32,075 nucleotides of DNA, from NCBI GenBank assembly GCA_052055015.1, contig JBQJIT010000089.1; one strand, 5' to 3'. The DNA comes from Malassezia furfur (lineage: Eukaryota). Under the pieces are notes generated by a model, which had not been told where the DNA came from, did no database searches, and saw nothing but the letters and a program-made list of their open reading frames with translations. Shown piece by piece: positions 11,318-20,663 of this stretch. Position 1 is the first letter of the stretch. Each line of letters begins with the position of its first letter. The position numbers were made by a program, and so were the translations under genes.

Positions 11318-12314
11318 ATGTTGGAGGTAGTGAACCACAGGGTCTCAGACCTGTGGGGAAAGCTCCGCGAACGGCTAGAGCAGCTGACTCCTGCTCAACG
11401 AGCGGCAGTTGTTGCTCTCGGAACTCTCTATGTGGCTGTACTCATTGGTCTAATGTTTATAGGTGGGGATTATGTCTTTCAAGGTACGTTGCGCTCTAAC
11501 GCAGTTCTTGCACATATTGCCACCTGGATGCGGGTATCAAGGCTCCGTGCCCTCGTGCTTTATGCAGGAATGACACTTGCTGCAATCCCCCCCATTTCTG
11601 GATTTGGAACATGCGTTACAATGGCAGGAATGGCCTACGCAAGTGTACAGCCATCGGAACCACATTCCTGGGCGCATGTTTTTTGGCGTCTAATGGAAGG
11701 ATGGATGGTTGCATCAGGAGGACTTATCTTGAGCGCATCTATCAGTTTTATTGCGTTGCGTACCCTGCTCAATCGTCTGGATGGACGTTGGGGCATTCTC
11801 ACCAATATCAAAAGCGACCGCCGATTCCGCGCTCTGCAGCAGGCTGTTCGAGAGCGGGGTCTTTGGATGGCTGTGCTTGCAAGGTATGTATCTTTCTAAT
11901 GCAGATTTTGCCCATTACCTTACTGTTGTACGTATACTAACTCATCCAGATACCAATCTTCTCCTCGCGGTAAGTGCTTAGCTGACGCAGTCACTCGACT
12001 CTCTCTCCCTCCTTGTGTATATTGTGTCCGCAATCCTATCTGCCCCACGTTTACTGATCCATGTGTTTATGGGTGCAAAGCTTTACGAACTTATTGACAG
12101 TGATGTCCGTGCGCACCAAGACACGGCGACGAAGGTTCGGAACATTATTTCGGTCGTAATCGGACTCTTGCTTGGCATTGGAAGCAGTTGGCTTATTTGG
12201 AAAGAGACTAGCCGTATTTTGGACCTAGAGAATGACGAGCCACTGCTGGAAGAAGGCGAAGAAGAATGGAGAACAGAACACGAAGAAGGGCAATTCGTGC
12301 TCGAAAATGCGTAA
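11318..12314 (+). CDS. TVP38: TVP38/TMEM64-like SNARE-associated (VTT/DedA) membrane protein
   Basis: IPPISGFGT...GMAY and spliced LARFCPLPYCYTNLLLAS...PRLLIHVFMG, the DedA/VTT signature. Introns 11484-11504 (21), 11884-11904 (21), 11928-11949 (22), 11970-11990 (21). Confidence 0.85.
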
Positions 12315-13121
12315 CTATGAAGTGCTAGCTTGGGGTGGTAACCACCAGCGATGCAACCGCATTGCAATGCCTTCAAAGGTATCGGGTGCGGGACGAACAT
12401 CAAGGTAAAAACTGATTTTGTTCTTAGGGTCAGAAGCTTTCATCATCGCATCAGAGGATGTTTGGCTCGGGTTTCGACCAGCATAGAAGTCAATGATGTA
12501 TCGCATAGTCTTTGGCTCCCCTGCCGCATCAGGACGCACAACAATCCAATCATGCCGATCAAAAGGCAGCTGGTACCCCGCGATGCTACGCATCCAGGCA
12601 CGCCAAGTGTAGTCACGAGGACGACCCACAAAATTTACAAGCTCCGGTTCTGGTGACCCAGGCTCGTTCCAGTTCTTTTCCCACTCACGAATCATGTGCC
12701 ATGCCTGTTCATTAACGGCATTGTGTATGGGTACCACCACATCCATGTCTTCCGCGCGGGCATCGTGGTTTTTCCGACGCACTGCGCTGTAAAATTGCAT
12801 GGGAGAAGGGTATACCCACTTTTTGTCGTGCTCCCCGAGCTCTTCGGCATCCGTGTGCGCCGAATCTTCCTTCCCTACGGTGCCCATATAGTGCCTTGGG
12901 ATGGAAGATACTTCTCGTTCCGTAGAGAGGTGAGGTGCACCTTCTGACGCGCCTGCCACATTCATATTGCCGGCCTTTGCCTGCTCTAAGTAGGCAGCTT
13001 GCGTCTCATGATCGACAGGGCACCCGGTATTCTCCTTCCATTTGTGACGCGTCTCATGATCCACTGGGCAGCCGCTTGGGTGCACAGGCGCCGCTTTCGC
13101 GCTGCTCGAGAACGGCCACAT
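12315..13121 (-). CDS. CYT2: Holocytochrome c/c1 synthase (heme lyase), probably the cytochrome c1 type
   Basis: Two GCPVDHET heme-regulatory motifs, EREVSSIPR, WVYPSPMQFY, VPIHNAVNEQAW, PFDRHDW, YIIDFY, YLDVRPA; intronless. The family is clear, but CYT2 versus CYC3 is an inference. Confidence 0.88.
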   Translation of the reverse strand: MWPFSSSAKAAPVHPSGCPVDHETRHKWKENTGCPVDHETQAAYLEQAKAGNMNVAGASEGAPHLSTEREVSSIPRHYMGTVGKEDSAHTDAEELGEHDKKWVYPSPMQFYSAVRRKNHDARAEDMDVVVPIHNAVNEQAWHMIREWEKNWNEPGSPEPELVNFVGRPRDYTWRAWMRSIAGYQLPFDRHDWIVVRPDAAGEPKTMRYIIDFYAGRNPSQTSSDAMMKASDPKNKISFYLDVRPAPDTFEGIAMRLHRWWLPPQASTS

Positions 13122-13221
13122 CGTCGAGCCACCTTGGCAAGAGTTATTTAGTCAGCACACGGTGTCCTTCGCTTCTGCAGCCCAAAACCCCTCACGGCCC
13201 AACGGCCCTGGCTCATGCAAG

Positions 13222-15177
13222 ATGAGTATGGTGTGGTCGCGGGAGAGTGCGCGCCTATGCCAGAATATAATCAGGGAACATTTTGGACCGGTAGTTGAGG
13301 TGCGTTTCTCCAGCTTATCCAGCGGGTAGCAGCTGTGTTGCTCCAGCGCGGCAGAATGACCGTACGAGAGTTGGCTCGCTACGTCAACATGGCCACAACG
13401 GGCCGATCCACGTCCAAAACTGTGTGGAATGCCAGAGGAAGGCCACCAGCATCTGGTCAATATACCGAAGAGCAATCAAAAAAGCGACCTATTTCCATGC
13501 GGCTGGTCCAACAGTCTCTTATGATCTTGATTCAGCACCATTGTGTGCTGCATTCCATTCACGCTCGCAAGGATGCAGACATGCACCAAGAAGAGTTTTT
13601 CGAACCAAACATTGACGAGATCCTCGCCCGGCTCCGCTTTGGAATCTACCGAAACATCGCTCAGAACTGGGGTGGTGATATGGCCGAAAATGTCGTGGTT
13701 CTTCTTATGCTTCATGGGCAAATGCGCGCTGGTGATATCATCGATACCCTCGCCAGCACCGAAGGTGACTTCGTGGACCAGATTGTGCTCTCTAGTGCGG
13801 AGCCTGCTTCGGGTCAAAAGGCCGCACGTATTGCGCAAACCCTGGTCCACATGCTGCAGGAATCGTTTGTGCGGCCGTCTACGGCCGTGCAGCATGTCTC
13901 GCGACAGGACCGCGAAATCGCTTATGAGACCATGCTGCGGAAGTCTTATAAAGGTATACCAACCGCGAAAGTTCTCAAAGAATTCAAGGTGAAAGTCGCA
14001 CAGATGATCGACGAGGAGGATCGTCGTGAATGGGAAGTTCCCAACAACGCATTGGATGAACCGCGCCTGGGTTTAAAGCGCAAGACGCAAACACCCCATC
14101 ACCGTGAGAAGCGTGCTAAAAAGTCGGCCCGCACTGACGTCTCTACCGATCGAATTGAGGACGACCAAAGCTGGGACATTGACAGGGACGTTTGGCTTCG
14201 TGTCAATCATGACAGGTTCAATGTGCGAATTCGTAATGAAATTTTGGTTCGCGCAGTGGCTCAAAAATACAACCCAACGACCGGCGAAGTTTTCCGTGCG
14301 ATGATGGTTGACGATCGACCTGGTATGGTTCGTTGTGAGATGGACGAGCGGTCTCGGCCTATCTCCATCAATACTTTATCGCATAACATTCCGCATGGCC
14401 TCAAAATCCAACGCGGGCTCGACAAGCGGTCCATCTTGGGCGAGAACGCAAGCCAACATCCCACCACCAATGAGCTGTTGGCCGAATACTTTGCCATCCT
14501 GTCGAACCACGACAATATTTCCTCTTCCGTACGGAACACACGTCTGCTAGCACCTTTTGGGAGTGCGACTACGACAAGCGCGGGAGGGACAACCAAAGTG
14601 CCGACCTCTGTAACCGTTGAATACATCAACATTATCCGGCAGCTGCAAACGCAGATGGTCCGCGATGTTGTTGTTGAACGTTTTGGTCCCACTGCAGGTC
14701 GTATATTCTCCATCTTGACCGAGAAAGGCAAATTGGAAGAGAAACACGTACGTCGTTTTGCTGACCCAGATTTCCAAAATTGGCCTGATCTCTATGGGTG
14801 AAACGCGAGATATTTGTGCACGGATGTTTGCTGCATCCTTGCTGAGTTTGCAAGAGGTGCCGAAGAGCAATGAGCGGAATCCTCAGCGCACATTTTTCCT
14901 ATGGTTTGTCGACCTGAACAAGTGCAAAGCGTGGCTCAAGGATCACTTTTCGAAAACTATCGGACTCATTATCGAGCGTCGACTATTTGAGCAAAGTCGC
15001 AAGTCGCTTCTTTTGCGAAAAGTCGAGCGTTCCGACGTCAAAGAAGACACCGAAGGATTGCTTACGGAATGGGAGCGGAACAGTCTGGCGTCCCTCCACT
15101 CCGTGCTAGAGGCCCTCACTGTGGTGGAGACCCGTGTGGTCCTTGACAGCTTTTTGCTTGACCATTTCCCCTCATAA
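13222..15177 (+). CDS. RPC82: RNA polymerase III subunit RPC3/C82
   Basis: Spliced N-terminus ARLCQNIIREHFGPVVERVAAVLLQRGR (intron 13300-13322, 23 nt), LMILIQH, RFGPTAGRIFSIL...GKLEEKHISK (intron 14748-14769, 22 nt), LQEVPKSNERNPQRTFFLW. Confidence 0.93.
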
Positions 15178-15278
15178 ATCCACCTCCACATAGATATTGT
15201 ACCAACATGTTGAGTTTGGTTCTATCTGGGGAACGTGTTTTCGTTGTCTCGCACTAGCATCTGTCGACGCTCACGCTG

Positions 15279-17436
15279 ATGGTCTCTGACAACGCCGTGG
15301 ATCTTGCGCTGATCCGCAGCGAAGCACTATACTGTCTGCGTCGCGAGCAGCTGGTAAACTTGTGCAAGCGACATGGTATTAAACCCAAAGGAAAAGTACG
15401 TCTAAACCGTAACACAGACGAGTCAACTCGCCGATGCATTGCGCAAAAGCATTGACGCAACCCTCGCACAGAACCAAACAATTGCTCTGAATCCGGAAGT
15501 GGCTGGCTCGCTGGCATCAGGAGTAGGCACAAGCAAGGTGACAGCGACAGAGCCAAACAACGATCTCCATGAGTCTACCTCGAAGCTAACCTCGTTCCAG
15601 GCCAGCTCTGGCTCAAAGGTACCTGTCGTCGGCCTGTATGAGGAATCTATTCTCCCTCAATCCATGAGCCCCATGGTTGCAGAGGTAGAGGACGAAGCAT
15701 CTCTTGAACCGACAGAGTCTCGTTGCGAACCGCACTGCGGTAGTTCCGCATCGAACAGTTCAAAAAGGACCCCGAAGCTTACAATGGAGCTTCCACAACT
15801 CAGTCTCAGTCTGTCCAATGACGACTTCATGTCTCAAAAGGATGGTTTGAGTCCGCAAACGCACGAACACGGCATTGTGTCGCCGTCCCTGTCCGACCGG
15901 GACGCAGGTGTGCGGGGTCAGGAGACAGAAACCGTCCCTGACCACGGCTCTCCATCGGAGGAGTCGTTGAGCCATACCATCACGACTGAGAATGACGTTT
16001 CTAGCCAGGACGCACCTGCCACTGTTTCTGAGTCTGCGCCCCAAGAGCAGCTATTGAGCCCCGCTACGCGCCCACCGCCCTCGCCTGCGACCTCACACGT
16101 ACCGACAGCCAAGTCTGGAGAAGCTGAACAACGATCCCATTCCGACTCGCGATCACTTCTTTCTCCTCCTTCTTCACCTGCGGTATCCAGCCGCAGCCCT
16201 CACCCTTCTTCTCCTTTTAGCGGCGCTTTGAGCCGGCTTCCAGGATCCCTGCGGCGTCACCGCTCTACGCGGTCGACTAAGTCGACGACGTCCAAGACCC
16301 CGACCGAGGAGCATCCCCCAACATCCTCGGCGCCAAAATCGCCTGCGCCGCAACAGACGCATACGCAACACCGGATGGTCATGCTGAGTCAAAATACGCA
16401 ACGCAACGACAGCCAAATGCGGACCAAACCCCAGACGACTGATTATTCGTCGCAGCCGAGTGCGCTAGAGACCACTGCAGGTCGGTCTCTTTTCCCTGAT
16501 CTATGCCACGACAGCATGTATTTCCCTGGCATTTCTCAGCCGGCTACGCGACCGCTGACGCACGGCGATGTCCGGCGCATCTATGCCGAGCTGCTGGCAG
16601 AACGGGATGCGGCGAAGCCTCCAACGCTGTCGCGCCGCGTCGGCAAGTTTGTCCGCCGTATGCGCGGGGTCAAGGACAGCCAGCCTACCGAGCAAGGGTC
16701 ACATGCCCGTGCGCGTACCCAGCCCTACCCAATCCGGCGCTCGACGCCGCCCATGCCGGAAGACGACCAGATCAACGTCGCAGGACCTGACATGCTCAAG
16801 GCGGCGATGCAAGGCTGCCAGAAAGCGTCTGCAACATCACCTGAGCCGATGCCGACGCTGAATGTCGGCGAATACGGCAACGTGGTTCATTTCACCGAGC
16901 CGGTGCTGGAGGAGAGTGAGGAGGAGAGTGAAACCCCTGCCATTGCCATCACGAGCCCCAGCATCGAGGCGTCGCTGGACCAGGCCCCTGTGCCTGAGGT
17001 GATGCCGGTCCAGGAGGCAGACATCGATACCAGCAGCTCGTCATTGGTGCCTACGGAGCTGGTTGAGGCGCCACGTCGGCGCAAGAAGCGGTCAGCCTCG
17101 GTACTCGAGGCAATCACTCTGCCACCTGCCCTCCGCTCGGGCACGTCATTGGAGCCAAACGTACATATGCCCACGTTCTCTCCGTCAGCGTCGAGCGTCA
17201 AGCAACACCTGCCGACGCTCGACGACATGGTGGACACACTTGGCTGGGATAAGGCGCTCGAGCTGATCCAGCAGGAGAAGCACAATGAGCCCAAGTCGCT
17301 CCGGAGCACGGCACGATTCCGTGCGCCCGGCGGCGAGAATGTCCCGCCTGGCTGCGACACGTCCCGTTCGCGAGCGCGGATGCAAGGAGCGCTCAATCGG
17401 CCCCGACCGCAGCTGCGGACGAGCAATCTACGTTGA
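15279..17436 (+). CDS. Uncharacterized protein: N-terminal SAP-like helical domain plus long Ser/Pro-rich disordered region
   Basis: Exon 15279-15395 and a 22-nt intron (15396-15417) join to the 665-aa ORF, giving ALYCLRREQLVNLCKRHGIKPKGKTSQLADALRK (SAP-like pattern). The remainder is S/P/T/E-rich with basic patches. Confidence 0.75.
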
Positions 17437-17482
17437 TCCGAGTAGTAAATAGCACTAGTGGGTATGAAGTCAAGAGTCACTC

Positions 17483-19518
17483 TCATTTTGCGGATTCGCC
17501 CTTGACGGCGGTATCGCTGCGGACGCCATCTTCCGGCATCGAGACCGGTGCGTTGTCCGCGAGCGCCGCCCGATTGGTCCCCGAAGCGGCTGTTGGCGAA
17601 GGCGCCGGGCCATTGACGGGGTCCACAAACTGATTCAAAAACGAGTCGAGATCGAAGTCACCCGTAGCGTTCCCATTTGGGGTAGGTGCAGAGGTCGTGC
17701 CCGAGGCCGATACGTAAGACGATGGTGAGGTCATGTTCAGTGGTGGCACACCGGCAGTACCGGCAGGCTGCGCCGACTTGCCCGTGGGCGCGGTGGGGTC
17801 CAGTCGCAGGCTCTGCACCAGGGCGTTGATCGAGTTCTGCAGCTTGGTCGTCTGGTCCACGTTCGACTGCACGTTGCGATTTACCCGCTGGACGTCCTGC
17901 GCAAACTGCTGCTCGGGCAGAGGGAAAGCGCCACCGCCCGACTCGGGTAGCGGCGTCACACTTCCGCGTGGCGTGTGCACCAGAGCATTCTGGATTGGGC
18001 CGGTGCTCCATTGGTTTGAGTTATTGGGTGCATCGCCCGTGTTCCACGAGGCCATCGGGAGGTTGGAGGTCTGTGCCCCAGGCCCCGACACGGTATCCTC
18101 CATTCCGCTCTGCGACGCCAGCGCATTTTGCAGTGCAGCCAAGAGCTGCGGATCCACTCGTGCGTTGTTCTCTGGCGACTGCGATGCTAGGATGCTGTTG
18201 ATCCATGCACTGTTATCTCCCTGCGCGCCCATCGCATTCATCAGGGCCTCGCTGGACTGTAGCGGTGTCTGAGGCTGCCAGCCTTCGGCGTTTGGCGTAG
18301 TCTGTGAGCTGCGTGACGAAGCATCCCGCACCGACTCGGGAGAGAGCTTTTCGGTGATCCGCGTCCAGGAGTTGGCGGGGCTGTCTTTCTTTTCGAGTCG
18401 GTCGCCATCGCTCATGGCGTTGTAGTCGTTAGCGTCCTTGAGCATGCCAAACTCGGAGTTGTTCAAAAATTGATCAGCATGGCTCGTGTCGCCAATCAGC
18501 AGCCGTTGCCGCTTTTGCGGGCGGGGTGGGCCATACGTGCGGGGCGGCGTACCGACGTCATTGAAGCCGGTGTCCTTGTTCATGGTGCCATTCGTGCCGC
18601 TGTCAGCAGACTGGTTGTGCAGCATATCGCCCACATTGGACGAGCCAAAGACGCTCGCCATAAAGCGCAAAATCCGGTTGATTGTGTCCTGCTGCTTCCT
18701 TGTCTGCTGCCGGTTCTCAATGCCTTGCTGCCAAAGTGCATGGCTGGAGTGCTGCAGCTGTGAAATCTCCTCAATGATGGTCCGCTGGTTATTTTTGATG
18801 CCTTGAATGGCATTCATCAAGCTGTTGAGCTGCGTCGTGGTGATGGCCGCGCCGTGGGCGTCGGCGTCACTGAGCGCATGCAAGAATTCGCCGCGCGTCA
18901 AAGCATTACTCGTTGTACCGACCTGCCGTGCATCTTCGTTGTGCGCCTGATTCGCATGCTCGCGCTCCTTGCCGCTCCGCTTGCGCTGGACCTTGGACAA
19001 AAGCTCAGGTTGGTCGCGATGGAAGCAGGGATTGGAAAACTCCCATAGTTCATTCTGTGACGGTTGGTCGTGCTTAAGCGCACCCTGCTGCAGGTGGGGG
19101 ACCTTGTGGAAGCCATACATATTGAGCTGTCGCACGAACGAGCTGAAGTTGTTGTGCTTGAAAAAACGTGGCAGCACTTCGTCACCAAAGCGGACATGAT
19201 TAGGGACAAGGAAGGTATCACCAGCGGGTGACCAGCGAATGAATTCATCGGTATTGGGGTCATCCACCATACTGCATGAGTTGTGTAGGCGTACCTGCGC
19301 AGCTTATTCAGGAACGCTGGATTGCTCCGACTCATCACGGTCGGCGCCGCGTGGTCCGCTTCCGACCGCTGCGCTCCCGAGGACACCATTTCTGGGCGGA
19401 AGGGTTGTAGCGGCGTCGACGAAGACTCGGCGTGGGGTCGTGAAGGGGCGTGTGGCAAGGTGTTTATGGACTGCGCCACGCTCGTGCTCCCTGTCGACCA
19501 CGCCGGACGCTGGGCCAT
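17483..19518 (-). CDS. HSF1: Heat shock transcription factor
   Basis: HSF DNA-binding domain PAFLNKLRSMVDDP...FIRWS...LPRFFKHNNFSSFVRQLNMYGFHKV (23-nt intron 19272-19294), HR-A/B coiled coil ending QQDTINRILRFMASVF, no receiver domain. Confidence 0.92.
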
Positions 19519-19704
19519 CGTGCGGCCGACCAAAAATCCCGCGACGGGTTTTGTGGAGGGGCACGTGACGTGCCGGGAAGGGGGTCCGAGACTATATAAA
19601 CCCTCGCTTGCCCCACCTGCCCCCCGGGCGTGGCGCGTGTGGCGGATCGAGCCACGAAGCGGAGGCAAGGGCGGTTTTAATTTTTTTGGGTGTCGATCGG
19701 TTCC
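19519..19704. promoter_or_regulatory. Divergent HSF1/TBP promoter with TATA box and E-box/CRE-like palindrome
   Basis: TATATAAA at 19593-19600, inverted repeat GGCACGT-G-ACGTGCC at 19560-19574 (contains CACGTG and TGACGT), T-rich tract at about 19675-19687. Confidence 0.6.
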
Positions 19705-20532
19705 ATGTCGAATAATGGTGCACTCCAGCTTCCCCAAGCGCAGTCCAAGTCGTCTGTAGACGCATCCTCGCAGAACAGCAAAGCGCTGGCGCTGCCGAGC
19801 CAGGCGGATGGGGAAAAGTCCCAGAGTACGGAGGAGAAAAAGGAGGAGGATGTGAAGATTCCTCCGTCTGTGCATGCACCGATCACGGAGCAGATGCTCT
19901 CGAGCATGCACGGTATTGTTCCGACGTTACAGTAAGTTGGCCTTTGCCCTCCCTTGGTGGTCGGACAGTATGCTAATGGCTTAGAAACATTGTCGCGACC
20001 GTGAATCTCGAGGCGCGTCTGGATTTGAAAACCATTGCGCTCCATGCTCGCAATGCCGAGTACAATCCTAAGGTATGCATGCACCAGGTTAACACGGTAG
20101 CGTTTTGCTGCGGTCATTATGCGTATTCGTGAGCCGAAGACCACGGCCCTCATTTTTGCGTCAGGAAAAATGGTGATCACGGGTGCGAAGAGCGAGGAGG
20201 ACAGTCGTTTGGCCAGCCGCAAGTATGCACGCATCATTCAGAAGCTTGGGTTTGAGGCGCGTTTCAGCGAGTTCAAGATCCAAAACATTGTGGGATCGTG
20301 CGATGTACGCTTCCCTATTCGCCTCGAGGGTCTGGCGTACAGCCACGGCGTGTACTCTTCATACGAGCCAGAGTTGTTCCCTGGCTTGATTTACCGCATG
20401 GTCAAGCCCAAGGTCGTGCTCCTCATTTTTGTTTCGGGAAAAATTGTTCTTACGGGCGCAAAAGTGCGCGAGGAGATCTATACCGCCTTCAACCTTATTC
20501 TCCCCGTGCTTTCCGAATTCCGAAAACCCTAA
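19705..20532 (+). CDS. SPT15: TATA-binding protein
   Basis: [15 protein letters not shown]...[30 protein letters not shown]...[13 protein letters not shown]. Introns 19932-19984 (53) and 20073-20100 (28). Confidence 0.98.
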
Positions 20533-20663
20533 ATGGCGCGTAGCTATGCAAGTGCGCCGTAGTTTGTATTCATATTGTGGGCAGACACGCGACCGGCCGA
20601 CGAACCCTGGGGTGCCCGTGGGGCGGCGCGCTTGGCGGAAGGCCACGTGATCCTTCTTCCTCG

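Noticed and set aside
7000..15400. Horizontal transfer as the explanation for the low-GC region
   Set aside because: It contains core eukaryotic genes with the same 21-25 nt introns as the flanks, the GC change is gradual, and no mobile-element hallmarks are present.
19932..19984. Longest confident intron (53 nt, TBP) as a possible snoRNA host
   Set aside because: It is too short and shows no C/D (RUGAUGA/CUGA) or H/ACA box arrangement.
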